64,000 nt of DNA from Betaproteobacteria bacterium RIFCSPLOWO2_02_FULL_63_19. GTDB lineage: Bacteria; Pseudomonadota; Gammaproteobacteria; Burkholderiales; SG8-39. Positions within the stretch are counted from its first letter, which is position 1. Each line of letters opens with the position of its first letter. Under the pieces are notes generated by a model, which was given only the letters and a program-made list of their open reading frames with translations, ran no database searches and was not told the origin of the DNA. A program made the translations under genes and the position numbers. Positions 10,498 to 20,954 of the stretch are shown in pieces. Location: positions 9,185-73,184 of the forward strand of contig MEQX01000069.1 of NCBI GenBank assembly GCA_001770415.1, given 5' to 3'.

Positions 10498-11265
10498 ATC
10501 AAAGTTCTCGGGATCGACGTCGGTGGCTCCGGTATAAAAGGGGCGCCAGTGGACACGGCACGCGGCGAATTGCTCGAGGAGCGCATTCGTATTGCGACGC
10601 CGCGGCCGGCAACGCCGAGAGCGCTGGCGCGTGTGATCGGTCGAATCGCGAGGCACTTCGACTGGAAAGGCCCCATCGGCTGTGCCGTACCTGCCGTCGT
10701 CAAGGACGGTTGCCTGCGTACCGCGGCAAATATATCCGGCACCTGGATCGGCGTCGACGCTACGGCGCTCTTCGCCGTCGCGACGAAATGCCGTGTCGGC
10801 GTCATCAACGACGCAGACGCCGCCGGTTACGCAGAGATGCACTTCGGAGCGGGTCGAAGGCGGCGCGGCCTGGTGATCATGGTGACGCTCGGAACCGGGA
10901 TCGGCACGGCGCTTTTCATTGACGGATACCTCGTACCGAATACCGAACTCGGCCATCTTACGCTGCGAGGGCGTGATGCCGAAAAGTGGGCTGCCGCAAG
11001 CGTGAGAGAAGAGGGGGGCTTGAGTTGGACCGCTTGGACGCGGCGGCTCGACGCCTATCTGCACTTGATGCACGGATATTTCTGGCCCGATTTGTTCATT
11101 ATCGGCGGTGGCATTAGCAGGAAGGCCGACAGATTTCTGCCGCTGCTGACCGTGCCTACGCCGGTCGTGCCGGCAAAGCTGAAAAACGATGCCGGGATCA
11201 TCGGTGCGGCACTGGCCTATGCGCCCGCGCGAGCGCGCCGGAAACCGCGCAAGACGCCTCGTTGA
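10498..11265 (+). CDS. ppgK: ROK family polyphosphate glucokinase
   Basis: [57 protein letters not shown]. The apparent start codon reads ATC after AAGGAG. Confidence 0.88.
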   Translation: MKVLGIDVGGSGIKGAPVDTARGELLEERIRIATPRPATPRALARVIGRIARHFDWKGPIGCAVPAVVKDGCLRTAANISGTWIGVDATALFAVATKCRVGVINDADAAGYAEMHFGAGRRRRGLVIMVTLGTGIGTALFIDGYLVPNTELGHLTLRGRDAEKWAAASVREEGGLSWTAWTRRLDAYLHLMHGYFWPDLFIIGGGISRKADRFLPLLTVPTPVVPAKLKNDAGIIGAALAYAPARARRKPRKTPR

Positions 11266-11331
11266 CCCGCGGAAGCTTGCGCTCGTCGCACGGGTCAATG
11301 GTACTGAAAGTCCTGTCTGCATTGGAGTCGA

Positions 11332-12399
11332 ATGCGCATGATCGATAATTTTGTATTCCAGTCCCCCGCGCCGCGGGTACTGTTCGGCCGGGGAACCGTT
11401 GGTGCCGTTGCGGAGGAACTGAGGCTTCACGGTATCTCGCGTGCATTCGTTCTGTGCACGGGTTCCGGAACGACACTGGCGCAGCGCATCGCCGCGTCGG
11501 TGCCTGCTGGGGCCGGCATCGACGTGTTGCGGCTCGCCGATCCCGGCATCACGACCAATGATTTCAATAGGGTGAGCGCCCATGCCGAAAAGACCGGCGC
11601 CAACGGATTCATCACGGTGGGCGGCGGTACGCCCATCGGAATGGCGAAGGCGGTCGCGGCCAGCACGGGGCTTCGCTATCTGGCGGTCATTACCACCTAT
11701 TCCGGCTCCGAGATGGCTTCAAACTGGTCTTACGGCGAGGGAAAAGGGGCGCGCAGCGGCAGCAGTCTTGCCGCATTGCCATCGACGACCATCTACGATC
11801 CCGATCTCACGCTCGGGCTTCCGGCTACGATCTCCGCGCAGAGCGGAATGAACGCGATGGCGCATGCGCTGGAATCGCTTTACGGCGTGGATCGAAGTCC
11901 GGCCGTGGAAGAACTCGCCGAGACTGCGGTGCGTTATCTGGGCGCGAGCCTGCCGCGCGTGGTCGCCAAGCCTGAAGACATCGACGCGCGAACCGACGCG
12001 CTGTATGGCGCGTGGCTTGCGGCGGCATTCCGTTCGCCGGCCGGCATCGAGCACGCGATCGCCCAGACCGTACGGCGACGCTGCGGCCTCAGTCACGCGG
12101 GCACGCACGCAGTCGTCGTGCCTTATGCGATCGCGTTCAACCGGGTGGCTGCGAGATCGGCGATGGAAAGGATCGAGCGTGCGTTGAACGTGAAGGACGC
12201 CGGCCTGGGTCTCTACGACTTGAACGTACGCCTGAGGATTCCCGCCAGCTTGAAGGACCTCGGAATGAAAGAATCGGACATCGAAACGGCGGTGGATCTG
12301 TTGGGTGCAAAATCCATCGTCAATCCGCGGCCCGCATCGCGCGCGGACCTGGTTGAAATCATTACCCAGGCCTATCACGGAGCGCCTCCGCGGTTCTAG
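11332..12399 (+). CDS. Maleylacetate reductase-like protein (iron-containing alcohol dehydrogenase family)
   Basis: RVLFGRG, GGGTPIGMAKA, TTYSGSE, IYDPDLT, SGMNAMAHA. Confidence 0.85.
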   Translation: MRMIDNFVFQSPAPRVLFGRGTVGAVAEELRLHGISRAFVLCTGSGTTLAQRIAASVPAGAGIDVLRLADPGITTNDFNRVSAHAEKTGANGFITVGGGTPIGMAKAVAASTGLRYLAVITTYSGSEMASNWSYGEGKGARSGSSLAALPSTTIYDPDLTLGLPATISAQSGMNAMAHALESLYGVDRSPAVEELAETAVRYLGASLPRVVAKPEDIDARTDALYGAWLAAAFRSPAGIEHAIAQTVRRRCGLSHAGTHAVVVPYAIAFNRVAARSAMERIERALNVKDAGLGLYDLNVRLRIPASLKDLGMKESDIETAVDLLGAKSIVNPRPASRADLVEIITQAYHGAPPRF

Positions 12400-12469
12400 T
12401 CGAGTCGTTTCGGGTATCGAAATCGTAGAGAGACATTCGTTCCGTGCAACCGGCGATCGGGAATCACGC

Positions 12470-13015
12470 CTAGGAAAGACCGTGTAAATCTATGCCGCGC
12501 TTTTCCATTTCCTCGAGTGCGCGCATGAACCAGTAGGTATATTTCCCTGGGGAATTCAGGACGTCTGCACGAAGCTCGCCGATTTTCACCCATTTCCAGT
12601 CATCGGCTTCTTCTGGATTCAGAATCGGGTCGCCACGGTATCTCCCGACCAAGACGTGATCGATCTCATTCTCCTGCAAGCCGTTTTCGAGAACGATACT
12701 GTAGGAAAACACGAAACTCTCGCGGAGGACGCAATCGAATCCCATTTCCTCCCGTAGCCTGCGGTGAGCCGCAAGAAGCAGTTCTTCGCCGTCTCTCGGA
12801 TGACCGCAGCAGGTATTTGTCCACAGTCCGCCGCAGTGGTATTTGCCGGTGGATCTTTTCTGCAGCATGATTTCGCGTCTGTCGTTTCCGACGAAAATCG
12901 AAAACGCACGGTGAAGCAGTCCCTTTCGGTGCGTTTCCAACTTGCCCATAGCGCCGATCTGTACGTCGTTGTTGTCAACGAGAATCAGCTGTTCCTCGTC
13001 CATGGCGTTCTCCAT
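12470..13015 (-). CDS. idi: Isopentenyl-diphosphate delta-isomerase type 1
   Basis: HRAFS, LQKRS..KY, WTNTCCGHP, RRLREEMG, ENEIDHV. Confidence 0.95.
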   Translation of the reverse strand: MENAMDEEQLILVDNNDVQIGAMGKLETHRKGLLHRAFSIFVGNDRREIMLQKRSTGKYHCGGLWTNTCCGHPRDGEELLLAAHRRLREEMGFDCVLRESFVFSYSIVLENGLQENEIDHVLVGRYRGDPILNPEEADDWKWVKIGELRADVLNSPGKYTYWFMRALEEMEKRGIDLHGLS

Positions 13016-13279
13016 CCGTAACGGGCCCGGCGACGCGCCCGACCAATCGGCGAGTCATCGAATCACGAAGGTGCGCAGCGATGGTTTTCCGGACAATGCC
13101 GCGCGAATATCGTAACAGGTCGCCTTTCGGAGCACTTCGTCCGCACTTTGAAGCCGAAAGGTGAGGCGAACTGCTTCTTCGTCTGGCGAACTGCAGTGTT
13201 GGGTTGTCACCATGATAACTCTTGCGTAAGGTGTAACCCCGTGCAAGACAAGCGACCAGGATCGACTGCAAAGGACCCG

Positions 13280-14467
13280 ATGCGATGGCGGATGCTGATA
13301 CTCGCATCGATGGCCTATGGATGCTTCGGACTCGCATTGTCATCCATACCCCCGCTCGTCGATCCCATTATCGAGGACCTGTCCATGACTTCCGGACAAA
13401 TGGGACTGGTCCTCGGCGTGTGGCAACTGGTTTTCATAGGCACATCTTCACCGTTGGGATCTCTTGTCGACCGTTGGGGCGCACGTCGGGCGCTCACGCT
13501 GGGCCTGAGCCTGATATTGCTGTCGTTATTGTTGCGAGGGCTCGCCACTGATTTCATCACTTTGTCGCTGGCGGTGGCTTTGCTGGGGGCCGGCGGACCG
13601 ATTATCGCCGTGGGCATGCCCAAAATAGTGGCCCAGTGGTTCTCGGGCAACGATCGTGGGCCCGCCACCGGAATCTATGTCGTAGGTCGCGACACTGGTT
13701 CGGTCTTCGCGCTGGCCACGGCGGCGAGCTTCGTGATTGCACTGACCGGTTCGTGGCGCGGCATTGCGATCGTGTACGGCGCAATTACGCTGGCGGTGAT
13801 CGTTTTATGGATCGCTTTCAGCAGGGATTCCGGGGCTGTTGCGACGGCTCACGCGCCCGATAGCACTGAACGCGATGATGCTCCGGGAAAGGGGGGAGTG
13901 ACCGGCCTGCTCAGAATTCGGAACGTCCAACTGGTATTGGTGCTTGGGTTCGTCGCGTTCTTTATGAATCATGCGCTCGGAGCTTGGCTGCCTACGGTCC
14001 TTCGGGAGGGCGGAATTCCGCTCGCGGCATCGGGTCGCTGGGTCGCTGCCGGCATTGCCTTGGCGATGCTTTCCAATTTTGCCGTTCCTTCATTGGCGCG
14101 CAAGGGGCTACGCTCGCGCTGGCTGTTCGTCATGCTTCTGGGCGGAGCACTTACGACAGCGGGACTCGCTTGGTTCAGCGGGCCGGCGTTGATCGCAATG
14201 GTGCTCCTGGGAACGGTCATTCGTTCGCCGGCGATGCAGGTGCTTACGCTGGTATTGATGGAAACACCGGGCGTGGGCGCCAAGCGGGTCGGCAGCGCCG
14301 CAGGCGTGTTTTTCGCGGTGGCCGAAATCGGGGGATTTACCGGTCCGTTGACGATGGGCATGGTTCGCGATTCGACCGGCAGCCTTACCACCGGATTGTG
14401 GATCATTGTCGCGATCACGGCTGTCGCGGCAGCACTTCCGCTTCTTATCCGGGAGCGGGGCGCCTGA
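13280..14467 (+). CDS. MFS transporter (CynX-like)
   Basis: About 12 TM helices; GSLVDRWGARR motif A. Confidence 0.85.
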   Translation: MRWRMLILASMAYGCFGLALSSIPPLVDPIIEDLSMTSGQMGLVLGVWQLVFIGTSSPLGSLVDRWGARRALTLGLSLILLSLLLRGLATDFITLSLAVALLGAGGPIIAVGMPKIVAQWFSGNDRGPATGIYVVGRDTGSVFALATAASFVIALTGSWRGIAIVYGAITLAVIVLWIAFSRDSGAVATAHAPDSTERDDAPGKGGVTGLLRIRNVQLVLVLGFVAFFMNHALGAWLPTVLREGGIPLAASGRWVAAGIALAMLSNFAVPSLARKGLRSRWLFVMLLGGALTTAGLAWFSGPALIAMVLLGTVIRSPAMQVLTLVLMETPGVGAKRVGSAAGVFFAVAEIGGFTGPLTMGMVRDSTGSLTTGLWIIVAITAVAAALPLLIRERGA

Positions 14468-14537
14468 CAGTCAAGCCGGCCGCCGCGCGCCGATCGCGCG
14501 ATAATGTGCGCTGGCATAAGCAGTAAAGCAAATCGTG

Positions 14538-16910
14538 ATGAGCGTAGACGAAGCGATGATAGGGGCGTCGATCCTGCGCAGAGAGGATCAACGTTTTCTC
14601 ACGGGGCGGGGGCGCTACAGTGCCGATTTTCAGGTGCCGGGCGAAGCGCGCGCCGTGTTCGTGCGTTCGGCACACGCGCACGCCGAGGTGAAGAACATCG
14701 ATGTTTCGCCGGCGCTCGCGCTGCCGGGGGTAGTGGCCGCCTACGTCGGCGCAGAACTGCGGGCCGAGGGCGTCGGCGTGGTTGAGCTTGACTTCATCAC
14801 GCGCAACCATGACGGCAGGCCGATGGCGCTGCCTGAGCGCTACGCGCTGTCCGCGGGTCGCGTGCGCTACGTGGGCGAACCGCTCGCCATCGTCGTCGCC
14901 GATTCCGAGGACGCCGCGCGGGACGCGGCGGAAGCCGTCGAAGTGACGTACGAGGAGTTGCCCGCGGCCGGCGATCTGCGCACTGCGCTCGCTCCCGGCG
15001 CCGTTCAACTCTGGCCCGAGGCACCGGGAAATATCGCCTGCGAGACGCGCTATGGAACCTGGAGCGAGGTAGAGCGAGCCTTTGCCGTGGCGGCTCACCG
15101 CGTGAGGCTCGAACTGGTGAATAACCGGATCGCGGTGAATCCGATCGAGCCGCGTGCCGCGATCGCGCGCTTCGACGAAATGGATGGGCGTTACACGCTC
15201 ATTACCAGTCATCAAATGCCGTTTCCGTTGCGCACCGCACTTTCGGAGTCCCTGAAGGTCCCGGAGTTGAAGGTGCACGTGATCTCGCCGGACGTTGGCG
15301 GTGCGTTCGGCGTGAAGGGGCCTAACTACCCCGAGGAACTGGCGCTGCTGTGGGCCGCCCGGCGCTGCCGGCGTCCGTTGAAATGGGTGTGCGAACGAAG
15401 CGAGGCCTTCTGTTCGGACACGCAGGCGCGTGACCGAGTCACCGTGATCGAACTGGCGCTCGACGCCGAGGCCCGGTTCCTCGCGGTGCGTGTGGACGAC
15501 CATGCAAATCTCGGCGCGTTCGTTTCCAGCTTCGGCGCCGGGCCCCCGATTCTCGGCCAGATGGGGCTGATCGCCGGGCCCTATCGCACCCCGCTGATCG
15601 CCGGCCGGGTTCGCATGGTGTTCAGCAATACCGCTCCGATCGATGCTTATCGCGGGCCGGGGCGCGCCGAGTGTTGCCACATGCTCGAGCGGGTCGTCGA
15701 CCTCGCTGCGCGCGAGCTGGGCATTTCGCCGGTCGAGATCCGACGCCGCAACATGATTCCCGCCGAGGCGATGCCGTGGAAAGCGCCTACCGGGAGGCTG
15801 TACGATAGCGGCGACTTTGCAGCGGTTTTCGAGCGCGCTCTCGCAAGAGCAGACTGGCCGGGGTTCGAAGCACGTCGTGCGGGCGCGCGCAGCCGCGGGC
15901 AGCTTAGGGGTTTCGGCGTTTCCTATTACCTTGATCACACCGGGATCGGCCCGTCCGACATGATCCTTTCGCGCGGAATGAAGATGCCGACCTACGAATC
16001 GGCCCATGTGCGCCTGAACCGCGAGGGCGGTGTCACTGTGGTCACCGGCACGCACACCCACGGGCAGGGCCTGGAAACCGCGCTCGCCCAGATTGTCGCC
16101 GCGCGCCTTGGCGTCACCGTCGAGGAGGTCGAGGTGCTGCACGGTGACACCCAGGACATCGGTTACGGGCGCGGCACCGTGGGTGCCCGATCGCTGCTCG
16201 TGGGCGGGGCGGCGCTCGATGTTGCCCTGACCAAGATCGTCGATAAAGGGCGGCGCATCGCGGCGCATCTGCTCGAATGCGCTGCCGCCGATATCGGCTT
16301 CGAGCGTGGCCGTTTCGCGGTGCAGGGCACCGACCGCGGCGTGACCCTTGCCGAGGTGGCGCACGCCGCCTACTTCCCACTGCGGTATCCGTTGAAGGAA
16401 CTGGAACCGGGGCTGGAAGAGTCGGGCTACTGGGATCCTAAGGTGGTGGCGTTCCCGAACGGCTGCCACGCGTGCGAAGTGGAAATCGACATGGACACCG
16501 GAGTACTTTCGGTACAGTGCTACGTCTCAGTCGATGACTTCGGAAATGTGGTCAATCCGCTTCTCGTCGCGGGTCAGGTCCACGGCGGTATTGCGCAGGG
16601 GCTCGGACAGGCACTGCTCGAACACAGCATCTATGATCCGGGGAGTGGTCAGTTGCTAACCGGGTCGCTCGTCGATTATTGTCTGCCGCGCGCGGACGAC
16701 GTGCCCTTTATTGCGCACGAAACCTATCCCGGCCATCCCTGCACTACCAATCCTCTCGGTGTGAAAGGCTGTGGCGAGGCCGGCGCGATAGGCGCGCCAC
16801 CGGCGCTGGTAAATGCCGTCGTCGATGCGCTCGGTCACTTGGGCGTGCGTCACGTCGATATGCCGGTTAAACCGCAGTCGCTTTGGCGATTGATGCACCG
16901 GCGTGCCTGA
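14538..16910 (+). CDS. Xanthine dehydrogenase family molybdopterin-binding subunit (CoxL form II-like)
   Basis: RREDQRFLTG.GRY, DVGGAFG.K, AYRGPGR, HGQG, GQVHGG..QG.G, GVKGCGEAG. Confidence 0.93.
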   Translation: MSVDEAMIGASILRREDQRFLTGRGRYSADFQVPGEARAVFVRSAHAHAEVKNIDVSPALALPGVVAAYVGAELRAEGVGVVELDFITRNHDGRPMALPERYALSAGRVRYVGEPLAIVVADSEDAARDAAEAVEVTYEELPAAGDLRTALAPGAVQLWPEAPGNIACETRYGTWSEVERAFAVAAHRVRLELVNNRIAVNPIEPRAAIARFDEMDGRYTLITSHQMPFPLRTALSESLKVPELKVHVISPDVGGAFGVKGPNYPEELALLWAARRCRRPLKWVCERSEAFCSDTQARDRVTVIELALDAEARFLAVRVDDHANLGAFVSSFGAGPPILGQMGLIAGPYRTPLIAGRVRMVFSNTAPIDAYRGPGRAECCHMLERVVDLAARELGISPVEIRRRNMIPAEAMPWKAPTGRLYDSGDFAAVFERALARADWPGFEARRAGARSRGQLRGFGVSYYLDHTGIGPSDMILSRGMKMPTYESAHVRLNREGGVTVVTGTHTHGQGLETALAQIVAARLGVTVEEVEVLHGDTQDIGYGRGTVGARSLLVGGAALDVALTKIVDKGRRIAAHLLECAAADIGFERGRFAVQGTDRGVTLAEVAHAAYFPLRYPLKELEPGLEESGYWDPKVVAFPNGCHACEVEIDMDTGVLSVQCYVSVDDFGNVVNPLLVAGQVHGGIAQGLGQALLEHSIYDPGSGQLLTGSLVDYCLPRADDVPFIAHETYPGHPCTTNPLGVKGCGEAGAIGAPPALVNAVVDALGHLGVRHVDMPVKPQSLWRLMHRRA

Positions 16911-17000
16911 AGGGAAGGCGGAAATGATTCGACGGCTGCCGCGTGTCCCGACCGAGGCCGAACGGAACAGCGGTGGCCGGCAGGCTTTACGCGGGGGCGA

Positions 17001-17642
17001 TCACCGAGTGGGCATCTCCCCGGTTTCCAGCCAGTGCTCCGCGGCGCGGTAGAACACCTTCAGGAGATCCGGACGGTCATCACCGAGTTCGTCGTTGGTC
17101 ACGCGGTACCCGCGCCTTGACATCATGTATGCCCAGATCCGGTAGGACGGGCGGAAACGTTTCAGCTCCGTCCAGTCGATAGGCAGCGCCTGCGCCGGGT
17201 CGACCGGCATGATCACGTCCTTGTGATAGATGCCATCGAAACTCGCAAGGCGCCAGCCCGCGCGGGTACGGCGCACGCGCGAGAAGAAACGACCGTACAT
17301 GACCGTATCGACTTCGACGCCTTCGATTTCGCTGCGGTTGTGGATCTCCATCAGGCTCTCGACGAGCGCCCGATCGCCATTGACGCGTATATGCGTGGGG
17401 GTGATGAGGTGCGTGCTTAGCCGCCCCTTTTCGGCCATTTCCCGCGAGGCCTCGGCAAATTCCTTTCCGGTGCCTTCGAACCACGTCGTTTTCACCCGAG
17501 AATCGTCTGTGTGGCACTCCGCGAGCTTGTCCCATTCGCCGCGGTCGCGCCAGAACCTCTCAAGCCGGACGAGTTCGGCGATTGCGAGCTTGTCGATGAA
17601 TTCGGTCGAAGCGTCTCCGCGGGACGCGGTGCGGCTGGACAT
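17001..17642 (-). CDS. SnoaL-like / NTF2 family protein
   Basis: DKLAIAELV..ERFWRD.G.W, W.EGTG.EF, V.GDRA, RF...V.R....WRL. Confidence 0.85.
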   Translation of the reverse strand: MSSRTASRGDASTEFIDKLAIAELVRLERFWRDRGEWDKLAECHTDDSRVKTTWFEGTGKEFAEASREMAEKGRLSTHLITPTHIRVNGDRALVESLMEIHNRSEIEGVEVDTVMYGRFFSRVRRTRAGWRLASFDGIYHKDVIMPVDPAQALPIDWTELKRFRPSYRIWAYMMSRRGYRVTNDELGDDRPDLLKVFYRAAEHWLETGEMPTR

Positions 17643-17835
17643 GGTTCCTCCAACGAAAGGTGGTTTTGGAACGAAGCTGCGTCGCCCGGTGACGCTATCC
17701 GAGGCGCCCGGGACGTGTCAACGGCGAGTTGGTAGAAGCATGCGGTCGCGCCGGCGAGCCCCAATTCTCAGCGCGGTCTGACGCGACCTCCTCGGAGGAC
17801 GTCGCGGTGGGGCCGGTTTTTCAGTCGGGCAAGAC

Positions 17836-18135
17836 TCAGGCGGCTTTGTTATGCAAGGTCTTCAATCCCGTTGTCGCCGCGGAACCGTTAGATCTCGCAC
17901 GTAGCTTGCGTACCAGAGCGGCGCCAAAGGCTTTCAAATTTTGGGCGATCCATGCGCTTTGCGCGGCACGGGCCTGCCATTCGATTTCCGCCAGATCGAG
18001 TCCCGTTTCGCGGGTGTTCGGCGCGAACATGTCGCAGCGGATGACTGGATCCCAGGACTTCGCGGCAATATTCCCGGAATCGGTTTCCCTGTGTGCGATA
18101 CTGTGGCTCGAATAGGTGTCGGCGTGGAGTTTCAT
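17836..18135 (-). CDS. Small hypothetical protein (resembles the RSP_7527/DUF1127-associated type)
   Basis: GAGG RBS; EIEWQARAAQSAWIA motif; LysR-like AT-rich upstream region. Confidence 0.55.
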   Translation of the reverse strand: MKLHADTYSSHSIAHRETDSGNIAAKSWDPVIRCDMFAPNTRETGLDLAEIEWQARAAQSAWIAQNLKAFGAALVRKLRARSNGSAATTGLKTLHNKAA

Positions 18136-18188
18136 ATTGACGTCCTCGGATTATCTTGTTGGAACCAGCGGCAACAAATCGCTGGCTG

Positions 18189-18261
18189 AGATAAGCATAG
18201 AGTTTCAATCGCTATTAATCCAATAGCTTGTTCGGATGGACTTAATTGGTAGTTGTTATAC
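18189..18261 (-). promoter_or_regulatory. Putative LysR-regulated promoter region
   Basis: AT-rich stretch (ATAAGCATAGAG...CTATTAAT...TTAATTGGTAGTTGTTAT) laid out like LysR-controlled promoters. No LysR gene is adjacent. Confidence 0.35.
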
Positions 18262-18589
18262 TGGGTCTAAGTGGCTGGCGCGGCGCAGCAAATTAGTCTC
18301 ATGGCAGGATTGGCGGGTACTCGGCCCAGGGCGGTTTTCTGTTTCCCCGCTCGCGGGTGCGGATCGGCGCGGGTTGTTGACGAACCCCTATCGGCATCGG
18401 GTCAACGCAGCCGTTTGCCAGATCAATGACACTGCGGCCAGGTCGCTTCGCCAAAGGACCTTGCGGGAAGTTGGATGCCCTTGTACCTTTTGAGCCGGCA
18501 GGCAGCGAGCATCGAAAGGGGTTTCCAGTCGGCCGATTTTGAACTGGAACGTTAACAAGAATGTCCAAGCAGTTCAGGAGGTATATGAA

Positions 18590-19063
18590 ATGAATCTATC
18601 GAGAATAATATTCGCCGGTGTGACGACGGTCGCGCTGTCTTCGTTTTCCCACGCGCAAACCCAGGAGGTGGGGCAAGTGCTGCGCACCGAGCCTCTGGTC
18701 GAGCGCGTCGCGGTCCAAAATCAGGTCTGCGACCAGGCTACTCCTGCCGCACCAAAGGAACGAGGCGTTGCCGGTGCGATCCTGGGTGGAGTGGCTGGTG
18801 CCGTGGTCGGCAGCCGTTTCGGGAAAGGGCATGGCAAGGACGCAATGACCGTCGCCGGTGCCGTCGGTGGAGCGATCGCCGGCGACAGAATTCAAAATTC
18901 AGACGTGGCGGCCCAGCCCGTGTGCCGGCAGGTGACCACGTACCAGGATCGAGTCAACGGATACCGTGTGACGTTCCGGTATGCCGGACGTGATTACACT
19001 CAGGTTCTGCCTAGGGACCCTGGTCCTACCGTTCCGTTGTCGGTGACCGTTACCGCGCATTAA
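18590..19063 (+). CDS. Glycine zipper 2TM protein (YcfJ-like)
   Basis: GAILGGVAGAVVGSRFGKGHGKDAMTVAGAVGGAIAG; C-terminal GYRVTFRYAG. Confidence 0.9.
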   Translation: MNLSRIIFAGVTTVALSSFSHAQTQEVGQVLRTEPLVERVAVQNQVCDQATPAAPKERGVAGAILGGVAGAVVGSRFGKGHGKDAMTVAGAVGGAIAGDRIQNSDVAAQPVCRQVTTYQDRVNGYRVTFRYAGRDYTQVLPRDPGPTVPLSVTVTAH

Positions 19064-19132
19064 CGGGGCACGAAACCGGCCCGGCGGTTATCGCCGGTTC
19101 GGGCGAAGTCCCAGAATCCGCAGGGACGGGGC

Positions 19133-20383
19133 TTATGCCGGGGCTGGCGCGGCCGCCATTCTCGCGGTGGGTCTTGCATCCATGAACATCTGCCCGATGC
19201 CAGCCATCAATCCGATGGCAACCCCGATCTTCCACGCAAGATCATAGGATCCCATCGCATCGAACAGCAGTCCGCCGCCCCACGCGCCGACGAACGATCC
19301 CAGCTGGTGGCTGAAGAACGCGACCCCCGACAGCGTCGCCATGTAGCGAAGCCCGAAAATATGTCCGATCAGTCCGCTCACCAGCGGCGCGGTTCCCAGC
19401 CACAGCAGGCCCATCGCTGCGGAGAAGATTACGGTAGAGGCCGGGGTGGGCCAGGACATGAAATAGGCAATGATGATCAGCGATCGCAGTATGTACACGC
19501 CTCCGAGCAGGTGCTGTTTGGGCAGCCGTCCACCGAGCCAGCCAAGTAGGTAGCAGCCGATCGCGTTGAATCCGCCGATGACGGCCAGCGCGGTGGCCGA
19601 CAGCGCGGGCGACTGGCCGCAGAGCGCTAGATAGGCGGGCAGGTGAGTCGTCAGGAATACCAGCTGCAGGCCGCATACGAAGAACGCCACGGCCATGGTG
19701 ATGTAGCCGCGGTGACGCGCGGCCTCCGCGAGCGCGCCTTTCAGCGACAGCCCAGCGTCAGTCGAACCAATTTGCTGGCGCGGCGCTATCTTGTCGCCGG
19801 CCCCGATGAAAAACGCCCCGGGAAGCATGATGACGCACAGCCCGAGAAATCCGACGATAGCGGCTTTCCAGCCGTAGGCGACGAGCAGGTGCTGCGCGAG
19901 CGGAGCCGCGATGAATGCGCCGATGGACCCGAGGGCGGAAACCGTCCCCAGCGTGAGGCTGCGCTTGGCGGGCGATACCACCTTGGCGCTGGCGGCGAGC
20001 GCGAGGCTGAGCGACACGCAAGACATCGCCAGCCCAATCATCAACCCCATGCCGATGAGCAGCGCGATGGGCCCGGTCGCTATCATCGTCACCGCGAGTC
20101 CTGCGGCAAACAGGAACGACCCGGATATCGTAACCGCGCGGCAACCGAAACGGTCCGCGATCGCTCCAGTGAGCGGTTGCGTCAATCCCCAGACGATGTT
20201 TTGCACCGCGAGCGCAAAGGTAAAGTCGGCCACCGAGACGCCGACGTCCGCGGTGATCGGTCTGACGAACAGGCCAAAGCTCTGCCGCATGCCCATGCTC
20301 ATGGTCAGCATCAGGCTGGCCCCTAGCAAAACGGCAACGGTGACGGCACGGTTGTTCGCGCTGGCTTGCGCCTGATCATTCAT
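19133..20383 (-). CDS. MFS transporter
   Basis: MGMRQSFGLF, GAIADRFG, FFVCGLQLVFLTTHLP, FSHQLGSF.GAWGGG. Confidence 0.92.
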   Translation of the reverse strand: MNDQAQASANNRAVTVAVLLGASLMLTMSMGMRQSFGLFVRPITADVGVSVADFTFALAVQNIVWGLTQPLTGAIADRFGCRAVTISGSFLFAAGLAVTMIATGPIALLIGMGLMIGLAMSCVSLSLALAASAKVVSPAKRSLTLGTVSALGSIGAFIAAPLAQHLLVAYGWKAAIVGFLGLCVIMLPGAFFIGAGDKIAPRQQIGSTDAGLSLKGALAEAARHRGYITMAVAFFVCGLQLVFLTTHLPAYLALCGQSPALSATALAVIGGFNAIGCYLLGWLGGRLPKQHLLGGVYILRSLIIIAYFMSWPTPASTVIFSAAMGLLWLGTAPLVSGLIGHIFGLRYMATLSGVAFFSHQLGSFVGAWGGGLLFDAMGSYDLAWKIGVAIGLMAGIGQMFMDARPTARMAAAPAPA

Positions 20384-20954
20384 CGTTGTTGCACCTTGAG
20401 GCAGACGAACGGAGCGGAATTGTACCTAGTTTGGGCGGCTTCCGGCAGCGTGCCGGGAAGGCGCGGCGCGCCCTGTGGGCGGGTGTAGAATCAAATCGGC
20501 GCGGTCACGCCTGGTGAGGATTGTGGTTTCGGCGACGTCGCGGTCCGCGATCGGACGGTCATGCAGGGAGAAGAACGATACCAGGGCGGCGCCGGGGCAG
20601 AGTCCTCGGAGATGACGTATTTGAACTGACCGTCAAAGTGCAGATGAACGAGATCGCGCTGCATTCACTCGCCGGATCGGGCGGAACTTTCGGTTACACG
20701 ACGTCGGGGAACGCCGCCCGGGCAATGGAATTTGCGTTGGAGCCGTTTGTTGTGGGCGAAACGGTTCCGGAGGCGATGCGCGATCCGCTGTCATCGATGC
20801 TCGATCGGCTAAGTAAGGCCGCCGAGGCGCCTGACAGACCCCGGTCCCATCGCGCCGATTCGATCGATGGCTGCTGGACGATCCGAACACCGGTGTAGGG
20901 AGTCAATCGCAATGCGCCGGCTCGGAGGACCGATTTTGGAGGAAGGATACGCAT

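Noticed and set aside
14538-16910. Aerobic CO dehydrogenase (form I coxL)
   Set aside because: Lacks AYxCSFR, and coxM/coxS are absent.
20521-20898. 125-aa ORF upstream of the AOR gene
   Set aside because: The middle looks protein-like, but there is no convincing start or family motif. It may be a remnant and is not supportable as a feature.
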